This document shows positions 35,943 to 44,313 of a stretch of DNA of 64,000 nt, one piece after another. This DNA comes from a virus. Every line of letters starts with the position of its first letter. Within the stretch, counting starts at the first letter, position 1. The stretch is taken from the IMG/VR virus record IMGVR_UViG_3300035670_010555, positions 32,001-96,000 of that record; one strand, written 5' to 3'. The translations under genes and the position numbers were made by a program. The notes under the pieces are model-generated. The model did no database searches, was not told where the DNA came from, and was given only the letters and a program-made list of their open reading frames with translations.

Positions 35943-36509
35943 TTAACAGATACCTTTGTTTATTATCAAAGTTCCACTTAATTGTACGAAAATTGCTCCA
36001 TCAGAAATTGTGAATTTATTACCTGCTGGTGGTATGGTCAATGCCCTATTACCGTAAACATGGTCCCCAACTTCTAAAGTGTTGAACGGTTTTGTTGTAA
36101 AGACCTTAACATTCGCAGGATTTGCAATCATATTAACGGACTCACAAACGTTTTGATACCAACCTCCACCTCTTAGATTTCTTTCATATATAGGAGAAGG
36201 AGTCACGGACGGTGTTGGAGTTTCTGTTGGAGTAGGAGTTTGTGTCATTGGTGTTGGTGTAACACTTACCGTTGGAGTGACTGTTGGAGTTACTGTAGGT
36301 GTCGGAGTTGTGCTTGGGCATAATCCAGTATTTATAATATCCAAAGGGCCACTGTAACTTTCTTGAGCCAAATATTCGGCACAAACAAACTCTGTGGAAA
36401 GTGGTGATATTGAAGATACACTAATTATACCCGTACACCCTGTCCATATATAAAACCCATTTTGGGTACTATTATAGTTAGTTATTCGATATTGGTTACA
36501 AGTACTCAT
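35943..36509 (-). CDS. Two Cys-containing domains joined by a Thr/Pro linker
   Basis: MSTCNQYRITN...WTGC domain (loosely like MACSKY), PT linker, C-terminal domain ending KGIC. Confidence 0.7.
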   Translation of the reverse strand: MSTCNQYRITNYNSTQNGFYIWTGCTGIISVSSISPLSTEFVCAEYLAQESYSGPLDIINTGLCPSTTPTPTVTPTVTPTVSVTPTPMTQTPTPTETPTPSVTPSPIYERNLRGGGWYQNVCESVNMIANPANVKVFTTKPFNTLEVGDHVYGNRALTIPPAGNKFTISDGAIFVQLSGTLIINKGIC

Positions 36510-36532
36510 ATTTTAACAGTCCATGTTTTGAT

Positions 36533-39079
36533 TTAGTTTGTTGGTGTAACTGTAGGAGTGATAGTTGGTGTTGGTGTCGGAATAACAGGTAAAATTAAAT
36601 CGACAGGACAAATACAACCAATTAAATTATAGGAAAAAACGTCAAACGCAACTACAATTTCTCCAGGTAATAAAACTGGAGATAAATCAAATTGGTGTTG
36701 ATGTTGTTCTACGTTTATAGTTTCTTCCCCATAGAAAACAGTTCCTAATGAACCGTAAGCCGCTCCCGAAATGATATAATCACAGTTAGCAATCGCTGGT
36801 GACGTAAAATCAGGAAGATTCCATAATACCAATTTGAATTTTGTGGACTCCGTCAGTTCTACCTGTAAATATTGTGTTGTGATAGGACACGTTGGTGTTT
36901 GTGTTGGTGTCCCAGTAGGTGTATTCGTCGGTGTTTCAGTCGGTGTAACTGTCGGAGTAACTGTTGAAGTTTCTGTAGTTGTCGGAGTCGGTGTTTCAGT
37001 CGGTGTAACTGTCGGAGTAACTGTTGAAGTTTCTGTAGTTGTCGGTGTCGGTGTTTCAGTCGGTGTAACTGTCGGAGTAACTGTTGAAGTTTCTGTAGTT
37101 GTCGGTGTCGGTGTTTCAGTCGGTGTAACTGTCGGAGTTTCTGTAGTTGTCGGTGTTGGTGTTACGGTTGGAGTAGGCGATGGTTCAATTAACTCATAAG
37201 TTAAATCATTGCTTGGAACAACAATAGTACAATTAGGACACTCAGGATTCAACAATGTATACTTGTCTTTCAAAATTCTAAAATTGTGTTTGACCTGCGA
37301 AGCGTTTAATGGTTCAACATACATTCTGAACGAGCTTATGTCACCAATCATACTACCACCGAAATATTCTTCTAACTTAATATGTGTGGTTAATCCTGAA
37401 TAAATTGTATTATCTAAATCATGAGTTGTTAAACATTCAGGGTCTTGCTGGTAAGTGATACCACTAATAGATTCAGGACACCCTCCTGAAAATGTCAAGT
37501 TATCTTTAAGACCTTGAGTTCCTCCACCTAACGAAATATTATATCCAACACCAATTTGTTTTTCTCTTTCAACATTCAACAATCTTGGGATAATTTCTTC
37601 AAAGTTTTCTGCAACCATGAACAATTTACCATTAACAAAAATTTTGAGAGTACCCAATCTGTATATTTGTTCCTCAGTCCAATTGTCGTTGAAAGTTACA
37701 ATTTCTGTTGTTGCAGGATCGTATGGTAATTCATGAGTTAGTGGAGGTTCAATCAAGCTAACACTATTGTTTGCTGGTGTTGCAGTATATATCGTGTCAA
37801 CAAGAAGTCCTAACCCACCCTTCTCATAAAGGTCACAAGTGTCGAGCCATTGATTTCTTTGGAATACGGCATCGATTTGAACCCAGTGTTCTACATTTAT
37901 ATACGGTGTATTTTTACACTCATCGAAAATACCTCTTGTTGAACACCATTCTGTAACTGAAGTTCCTGTTTGATATGTTAACCCTGTAAGACAAGTTCCA
38001 CTTGTTTCACAGCCACCAGTAATCCTATATGTTTTTATACAAACTCTCGGATTTCCTGTATCACCACTTAACCTTATTGATAATCCATTGGAAACGCCAT
38101 CATATAATGGATCTTTCTCAGGATATTGGGCATTTACCTCACATTCACAATTACATCCACATGAACAATTTTTTGATGTCCCCCCTGAAATCTGATAAAC
38201 TTGAAGACAAGTTGATGCGGTATTAGCAGAACTAGCACATCCACAAGTATGCATACAAGTTAAACCTGAAGTTACTCTTGTATATCCAGTATCTTGTTTT
38301 GGTTCTCCATCCGCATAATGGTAAAATTTGTTTTCAGCCCGAGAACCCATATAAAAGAATGTTCCTTTATTATCAGGGTATCGATTGTTAAGACCAACAC
38401 TTGTATCTCCCGTCCATCGGTATCTCAACATAAATTCTGCAGTCCAACCTAATGGTACTCTTTGTGGGAAAATCTGATAGTCGTATCCAGGTATTTTATA
38501 AAATCCTTGGAAAAATCCTCCATCTAATCTTGCAAAATATCCGACAGGACCTCCATCAGTCGCGTAATTCAAATCATAACTGTATGAATTATCGTTCCAT
38601 AATCTAGTTTGTGTTGTTGTAAACCCTGTAATAGGGTGGAGTTTCATTCTCCTATCGTATTTGTATCTACTATATTTGTCGGTGTTGTTTGTGTAAAGTC
38701 CTGTTGTTATTTGGATTGTCTCTCCTGACATTTTTTTAACCAAACCATTATCAATACCAGTTAAACCTACATCACACAAGTCGGTAACCTTTGGACAAAA
38801 GTTAGGATCTATGTCGTCAGGATTCCAATAATTTTCAGAAACAATTACATCATTATCAAAAGTACATACCCCTGATTGACATATCGTCGTACCTGTACTA
38901 TTGAAATCAAATTTGAATGGCATTCTATTTCCATCGTCCTCACCTATTAATAAAGGTGAAAAAATTACTTCTTGGTCATAGTCCTTCTCATCCGAAGCCA
39001 AACAGATATCGGTAATTTCATTGACAGGTTTAATCCCCCAACGTCTAAAATTGTACTGATTAATATTTTGATATGCCAT
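36533..39079 (-). CDS. Cys-rich protein with LamG/ConA-like elements and Thr/Pro repeats (putative virion appendage)
   Basis: GWTAEFML, LKIFVNGKL, FGGSMIGDISSFRMYVEPLNASQVKHNF; CSCGCNCEC; PT repeats. Confidence 0.65.
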   Translation of the reverse strand: MAYQNINQYNFRRWGIKPVNEITDICLASDEKDYDQEVIFSPLLIGEDDGNRMPFKFDFNSTGTTICQSGVCTFDNDVIVSENYWNPDDIDPNFCPKVTDLCDVGLTGIDNGLVKKMSGETIQITTGLYTNNTDKYSRYKYDRRMKLHPITGFTTTQTRLWNDNSYSYDLNYATDGGPVGYFARLDGGFFQGFYKIPGYDYQIFPQRVPLGWTAEFMLRYRWTGDTSVGLNNRYPDNKGTFFYMGSRAENKFYHYADGEPKQDTGYTRVTSGLTCMHTCGCASSANTASTCLQVYQISGGTSKNCSCGCNCECEVNAQYPEKDPLYDGVSNGLSIRLSGDTGNPRVCIKTYRITGGCETSGTCLTGLTYQTGTSVTEWCSTRGIFDECKNTPYINVEHWVQIDAVFQRNQWLDTCDLYEKGGLGLLVDTIYTATPANNSVSLIEPPLTHELPYDPATTEIVTFNDNWTEEQIYRLGTLKIFVNGKLFMVAENFEEIIPRLLNVEREKQIGVGYNISLGGGTQGLKDNLTFSGGCPESISGITYQQDPECLTTHDLDNTIYSGLTTHIKLEEYFGGSMIGDISSFRMYVEPLNASQVKHNFRILKDKYTLLNPECPNCTIVVPSNDLTYELIEPSPTPTVTPTPTTTETPTVTPTETPTPTTTETSTVTPTVTPTETPTPTTTETSTVTPTVTPTETPTPTTTETSTVTPTVTPTETPTNTPTGTPTQTPTCPITTQYLQVELTESTKFKLVLWNLPDFTSPAIANCDYIISGAAYGSLGTVFYGEETINVEQHQHQFDLSPVLLPGEIVVAFDVFSYNLIGCICPVDLILPVIPTPTPTITPTVTPTN
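36927..37138. repeat. Near-perfect 60-bp coding tandem repeat, ~3.5 copies
   Basis: Consecutive 60-nt lines are identical except one base; unit encodes TPTVTPTETPTPTTTETSTV. Confidence 0.95.
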
Positions 39080-39088
39080 AAACTAATG

Positions 39089-39115
39089 ATAAATACCTTA
39101 TGTCATAGTATTTAT
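39089..39115. promoter_or_regulatory. Back-to-back TATTTAT motifs (divergent putative late promoters)
   Basis: GTATTTAT on each strand, each oriented toward its divergent gene (39079 minus, 39132 plus). Confidence 0.55.
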
Positions 39116-39131
39116 AGATAAAAACTGCGAT

Positions 39132-39953
39132 ATGATTCCTGTAGATACTGAATTTTTTTCATCACCCTATTATTTCTTAATGAGAGATAAAGGAAATAAA
39201 TATTCATTATATTTCTCAGTTGAGAATACTTTGACCGAAGCACGTAAAAAAGATGAGGTCGTTCACTTCTCTAAAGAAAAGGGTGAGAAGGTAAAAAAAC
39301 ACTTGAAAAAAATTGCAAAGGAAAAGAAGATAAAAGACACAAAAACTTTAAAGACCGATTTAGAGGAACTGGTAAACTCTGATGGTAATATGTCAAACTC
39401 TAAAATTCCGATTTTAGACCCAAGATTACACCCACGAAAAACTATGGACCAAACCGTAGCCGCGGCAAGTATTACTAACGACCCAATCTCACGTGGTTAT
39501 AGAACTTACTATGGTGAAAGTGAAGTAAAAGAAATCGATATGTCAGGTGCATTTGGTTACGAAGAAACTGAAGATATGGACGGCAAAGAAACCTACGAAT
39601 TTTTGGTTAAAGATATGGGTATGGAACCTGACGAGGCGAAGGAAAGAACAAAACAACAAGGAAAAGACCCATCGGGTAAAAAAGATAAAAAGTCAGAATA
39701 TTATGAAGACCCCAATTTTATAACAAGAGCAACTTTGTCGGAAATTCAAAAACAGAAAGCAATTAAGGTGGTTGAAGATATGTTGGCAAAAAAGAAAGAT
39801 TCTAATTCTGCTGACGTAGGAAAAAAAGATAAACCAAAGGATTTGGATAATTTATCACCAATATTGAAAAAAAATCTTAGCTCTTTAATGAAACAAGCAG
39901 AAAAACACGGGTTTTCAAAAAAAGATTTAATAAAAATAATTCAAGGTGAATAA
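39132..39953 (+). CDS. Hypothetical charged protein, possibly head-internal
   Basis: 273-aa ORF with upstream TATTTAT; several L/V-x-E sites. Confidence 0.65.
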   Translation: MIPVDTEFFSSPYYFLMRDKGNKYSLYFSVENTLTEARKKDEVVHFSKEKGEKVKKHLKKIAKEKKIKDTKTLKTDLEELVNSDGNMSNSKIPILDPRLHPRKTMDQTVAAASITNDPISRGYRTYYGESEVKEIDMSGAFGYEETEDMDGKETYEFLVKDMGMEPDEAKERTKQQGKDPSGKKDKKSEYYEDPNFITRATLSEIQKQKAIKVVEDMLAKKKDSNSADVGKKDKPKDLDNLSPILKKNLSSLMKQAEKHGFSKKDLIKIIQGE

Positions 39954-40422
39954 CGATTTATATAATTCAGCAAAAGGAGAAATTGAATTTCCATCAACTT
40001 TGAGGGACCATATGAAAAAATGTTTCCACATGGTTAAAGGTGCTGATGAGAATACAGAGGGGTTTAACCGTAACAAAGAATTACAGGATAAAAATTTTAT
40101 TGAATACAAACAACTAAAAAGAATAAAAAACTTTTTTGACAATTTTATAGGTAATCAAAAAGAACCTTCATTTATTTTAAATGGTGGTGTTGAGATGAAA
40201 AATTGGGTTAATAACGAGTTACGGAAGATGAGGGATTATACCAAAATGACCAAAACAAATAAAATGGACGCTGGAATGCAAAATCAGTTCATTAAACCTC
40301 ATGAGAAAAAAGACTTTACCAATGTTAGACCATCACAACAACATTCAGATACCTTCAACAAATATGACTCAGCGGTGACTGAAAGCCTTAAAAGAATAAA
40401 CGAAATAATGAAACAATTATAA
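39946..40422 (+). CDS. Hypothetical protein
   Basis: GTG start overlapping the previous stop; 158 aa. Confidence 0.65.
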   Translation: MNNDLYNSAKGEIEFPSTLRDHMKKCFHMVKGADENTEGFNRNKELQDKNFIEYKQLKRIKNFFDNFIGNQKEPSFILNGGVEMKNWVNNELRKMRDYTKMTKTNKMDAGMQNQFIKPHEKKDFTNVRPSQQHSDTFNKYDSAVTESLKRINEIMKQL

Positions 40423-40424
40423 TT

Positions 40425-40718
40425 ATGGGAAACGAACTCGCAATCGATTTATCTCAAGATATTCCAAATGCATTGACAGCAATTGGTGATGTAGAAAGAG
40501 CAAAACTGATACCTAAAAATGATTTTAACGCAGTTGGCAACGAATACTCTGTTGTTAACAGAGACGCAGTTGCTGATGGTGATTCTATGGGTAGAGGTAC
40601 AGGAGCATTTTTGGACGTTTATAATGTCAACGCAGGAACCATTACTGACGTTGTTGAACGAAAAAATGAAATAAAAATTAACAAATTTAATTCATCAAAG
40701 ACTTATCCTAACTTTTAA
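40425..40718 (+). CDS. Hypothetical protein
   Basis: 97-aa coupled ORF. Confidence 0.65.
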   Translation: MGNELAIDLSQDIPNALTAIGDVERAKLIPKNDFNAVGNEYSVVNRDAVADGDSMGRGTGAFLDVYNVNAGTITDVVERKNEIKINKFNSSKTYPNF

Positions 40719-41098
40719 TGAAATTACAAGAGACGCTCAAAGGTTTAATTTGTGAAATCGCATCTGTTGATAGTGTTGTTAACGCTATTAAAAACAAACA
40801 GAAGGTGGTTATCTATTATGATGGTGATGAGCCGGGTGGTAGAGGATTAAGAGAAATTGAACCTGTGTGTTTAGGCACAAGTAAAGCGGGAAACAAAGTA
40901 TTACGAGCGTGGGATGAAGAAGGAGCGTCCCACACAGCCTACAAAGGAGAACAACCTTTACCAGGATGGAGACTTTTTAGATTAGATAAAATTCTGTCCT
41001 TAAAACCAACTGGAGAAAATTTTACAGAAATGAGGCCAAATTTCAATCCAAATGGTGACAAAAGTATGACTTCGATTATTATTATAGCAAAATTCTAA
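40718..41098 (+). CDS. Stand-alone WYL-domain protein
   Basis: VIYYDG...REIEPVCLG...LRAWD...WRLFRLDKI. Confidence 0.8.
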   Translation: MKLQETLKGLICEIASVDSVVNAIKNKQKVVIYYDGDEPGGRGLREIEPVCLGTSKAGNKVLRAWDEEGASHTAYKGEQPLPGWRLFRLDKILSLKPTGENFTEMRPNFNPNGDKSMTSIIIIAKF

Positions 41099-41100
41099 TT

Positions 41101-41724
41101 ATGGACCAATTAATGCAAAAACTTATGATATCTAAAGCCATTATGGATAAGACTGATGGTATCAAAAGAACTGATAGTAGAGAGATGAATTCTCCATCAA
41201 ATATGGTGGAAACATTTAATATGCCACAAGCAAAATACAATATACCTCAAGAATTCTTACAGGAACAACCACAGATACAACAAATGAATCAGCCTTATTT
41301 GTCATCATTACCTGTAGAAAATACAAAACCTGTTGGTGTCCCAACCATAGATGCAATTAAGAACTCAAGACTACCTGACGAGATTAAGAAACTAATGATG
41401 GAACACCCTATCTCACAACCACAACAATCAGTTGCAACTTTATCAAATGATTTAGTTGAAAGAGCGTCAAGATTGATGAAAGAAAACCCAAGTGGATATG
41501 TTCCAGAATCTGCAAAGCCGAAACAACAAACTCAGACATCACAACCAACAGGAAATATCGACTACAAAGTTTTACAAAAAATGATTAATGAAGCAGTTAA
41601 TAATGCGTTAAAAGAGAATGGATTGTTAATGGAATCATCAGAAAAAACTAACGAACTTTTTAGTTTCAAAGTTGGTAAACATATATTTGAAGGTAAGGTA
41701 ACCAAGATTAAAAAGTTATCCTAA
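41101..41724 (+). CDS. Hypothetical Gln/Pro-rich protein
   Basis: 207-aa ORF in the same operon. Confidence 0.65.
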   Translation: MDQLMQKLMISKAIMDKTDGIKRTDSREMNSPSNMVETFNMPQAKYNIPQEFLQEQPQIQQMNQPYLSSLPVENTKPVGVPTIDAIKNSRLPDEIKKLMMEHPISQPQQSVATLSNDLVERASRLMKENPSGYVPESAKPKQQTQTSQPTGNIDYKVLQKMINEAVNNALKENGLLMESSEKTNELFSFKVGKHIFEGKVTKIKKLS

Positions 41725-41777
41725 CCACTTTTCTTATTTGACATAAAAACTTATACTTTCAGGTATATTCTAAATTT

Positions 41778-42998
41778 ATGTCAAAAATCAAAGTTTTAGT
41801 TGTTCCTTCTGACCGTTCAGGTGTTGGTAAATTCCGTTCGGTCGATCCACACATTTTTCTTCAAAATCAATATCCAGATGAGTTTCACGTAGACATTATT
41901 TATGAACCTCCATACGAGGATGTAAATTTTTGGACACAATACCAAATAGTAGCATATCACAGAAGTATTGGTCAAGATTTTGAAAAGGCAAATAGATTAA
42001 TTCAAATGTTAAACTCTTTAGGAGTTGTTACTGTTTGTGATATTGATGACTATTGGATGCCGGGTAAAGAACATCCAATTCACGATATTATTCGAGTTAA
42101 TAAAATTAATGAAAAGATTGTCGCTAATCTAAAAGTTTCTAAGTTTGTGACTACGACAACTGAAATATTTGCTGATGAAATTCGTAAGTACAATAAAAAC
42201 GTTATCGTTTTTCCAAATGCAATTAATCCTAATGAAGCTCAGTTCAAAGAAAAAACTGAAGAATCAGATAAGGTACGTGTTGGTTGGCTTGGTGGGTCTT
42301 CTCACTTACACGATATCCAACTTTTAGACTCAGGATTTTCCAAGATATTACCCCTCAAAGATAAGGTACAGTATGTATTGTGTGGATTCGACACTAGAGG
42401 AACTGTGACTGAAATCAACGCTCAAACAGGTGAACAAAATAAAAGAAATATTTTACCGGCAGAAACTGTATGGGCTCAATATGAAAAAATATTCACACAA
42501 AACTATAAGATAGTATCAGAAGGATATAAAAACCATCTTCTTAAATACAATCAAGAAGAATACCGTGGGGATAATGATGAATCATACCTTCGAGTTTGGA
42601 CAAAACCTGTAACAGGATATGCCAAAAACTATTCCAAGTTCGATGTATCTTTAGCTCCAATCAAAAACACAATGTTTAATAGAATGAAGTCTCAACTTAA
42701 AGTTATTGAAGCAGGGTTCTATAAAAAAGCAATTATAGCTTCTAATATTGGACCTTATACTATCGACCTAAAACATTGTATGGAAAATGGTAATTTTGTA
42801 GATGGAAATGCTATCTTGATTAATGAAGCTAGAAATCATGCCGATTGGGCAAAATTCATTGAAAAATTGGTGAAGAATCCAAATCTTGTCAAAGATATGG
42901 GTGAAAGGTTATATGAAACCGTTAAAGACAAGTATGACTTGAACAATGTAACTAATGATAGAAAACAATTTTATATCGATATCGCAAACAAATCATGA
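41778..42998 (+). CDS. GT-B (GT4-like) glycosyltransferase
   Basis: DIDDYW, VGWLGGSSH, FDVSLAP, FNRMKSQLKVIEAG, IIAS. Confidence 0.8.
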   Translation: MSKIKVLVVPSDRSGVGKFRSVDPHIFLQNQYPDEFHVDIIYEPPYEDVNFWTQYQIVAYHRSIGQDFEKANRLIQMLNSLGVVTVCDIDDYWMPGKEHPIHDIIRVNKINEKIVANLKVSKFVTTTTEIFADEIRKYNKNVIVFPNAINPNEAQFKEKTEESDKVRVGWLGGSSHLHDIQLLDSGFSKILPLKDKVQYVLCGFDTRGTVTEINAQTGEQNKRNILPAETVWAQYEKIFTQNYKIVSEGYKNHLLKYNQEEYRGDNDESYLRVWTKPVTGYAKNYSKFDVSLAPIKNTMFNRMKSQLKVIEAGFYKKAIIASNIGPYTIDLKHCMENGNFVDGNAILINEARNHADWAKFIEKLVKNPNLVKDMGERLYETVKDKYDLNNVTNDRKQFYIDIANKS

Positions 42999-43696
42999 TT
43001 AACATTCCAATCACCAAACTTTTATTTATAGACATAGAAACTGTAGGAGTTCATCCTGATTTTGAAACATTAGAATCTGTGAATCCCGAGTTGTCTTTTC
43101 AATTCAAAAATTATTTTGATTGGTTTCAAAAAAGATTTCCTGAAGATGCAGATAAAGGTCATTCTCAGATGTTTGTCAATCGTTCGGCATTAGTACCCGA
43201 ATTTGCCAAAATCGCATGTGTAAGTGTTGCATTTGTTCTTGAAAGTGGTGAAGTCAAAGTACAATCATTTAGTAACAAAAATGAGAAAGATTTGTTACAA
43301 GATGTTCAAAAACTTTTACGTAGAGTCGGAGAGTTAGGATTTTTTCTTTGTGGTCACAATGTTAAAGGATTTGACATTCCTATGCTTGCAAAAAGAATGA
43401 TTATGAACGGTCTTCTACCACCAAAAATATTACCAGGTCATGACACTAAGCCATGGGAAATTAAGGCATTAGACACAAAAGAACTTTGGCAATATGGTGG
43501 TTATGGGTCTATCGCATCTCTTGAATTGATGTGTGTTTGTATGGGGGTAGAATCTTCCAAAAATATGGAAGTTACTGGAAATAAAGTACACGAGGCGTAT
43601 TGGGTAAATGACGATATTAAAGGTATTGTAGAATACTGTGAAAAAGACGTGTTAGTATTAATTGATGTTATAAAAAAAATTACAAATTTAGTATAA
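42995..43696 (+). CDS. Stand-alone DEDDy 3'-5' exonuclease (PolB-exo-like)
   Basis: FIDIET, GHNVKGFDIP, YCEKDV. Confidence 0.85.
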   Translation: MINIPITKLLFIDIETVGVHPDFETLESVNPELSFQFKNYFDWFQKRFPEDADKGHSQMFVNRSALVPEFAKIACVSVAFVLESGEVKVQSFSNKNEKDLLQDVQKLLRRVGELGFFLCGHNVKGFDIPMLAKRMIMNGLLPPKILPGHDTKPWEIKALDTKELWQYGGYGSIASLELMCVCMGVESSKNMEVTGNKVHEAYWVNDDIKGIVEYCEKDVLVLIDVIKKITNLV

Positions 43697-44313
43697 TGGA
43701 AAACTCAAACATAAATCTGAACCAAGATATTTGGAAACAAATACAAGAAACATTTGACCAAATAAAACAAGATGCGGGTGTTGAACCTGAAGAAGATTAC
43801 ATGAAAGAATTGGAAAGTCTTTTGGGAATGTCTGTTGATGAATTGAATGAAAGTCACATGACCATGATGAAGACTAGATCATTAGGAGTTGAGTTAGTTC
43901 ATGAAGATGCAAAAGTCCCATCTTATGCTTACCCATCAGATTCAGGGTTTGATTTACGTTCAACTGTGGAAATAATCATACCACCATTTGGTAGAGCTTT
44001 AATACCTACAGGTATTAAATTGTCAATTCCTGAAGAGTATGAAATTCAAATTCGACCCAAGAGTGGACTGGCATTAAATCAAGGGCTTACCGTATTAAAT
44101 ACTCCTGGAACCGTTGACTCGGGATATGTGGGAGAGATTAAAGTTATTGTCTTTAATACTAATAACGCATCCGTTACAGTGTCCAAAGGAATTAAAATTG
44201 CTCAAGCGGTTTTATCTCCAGTAATGTGTGGAAAATATGTTTCCATAGAACTAATGGATAAAGTTGGGAATAAAGATAGAATGGATAATGGATTTGGAAG
44301 CACTGGACTATGA
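43696..44313 (+). CDS. dut: Trimeric dUTPase with an acidic N-terminal extension
   Basis: SGFDL, RPKSGLA, GTVDSGYVGEI, IAQ, GFGSTG. Confidence 0.92.
   Translation: MENSNINLNQDIWKQIQETFDQIKQDAGVEPEEDYMKELESLLGMSVDELNESHMTMMKTRSLGVELVHEDAKVPSYAYPSDSGFDLRSTVEIIIPPFGRALIPTGIKLSIPEEYEIQIRPKSGLALNQGLTVLNTPGTVDSGYVGEIKVIVFNTNNASVTVSKGIKIAQAVLSPVMCGKYVSIELMDKVGNKDRMDNGFGSTGL

Noticed and set aside
36927-37138. Possible CRISPR array (60-bp period)
   Set aside because: No unique spacers; it is an in-frame coding tandem repeat
41738-41769. Sigma70 promoter TTGACA...TATATT before the glycan operon
   Set aside because: The spacer is 20 nt, and there is no clean Bacteroidota TAnnTTTG element; unsupported without TSS data
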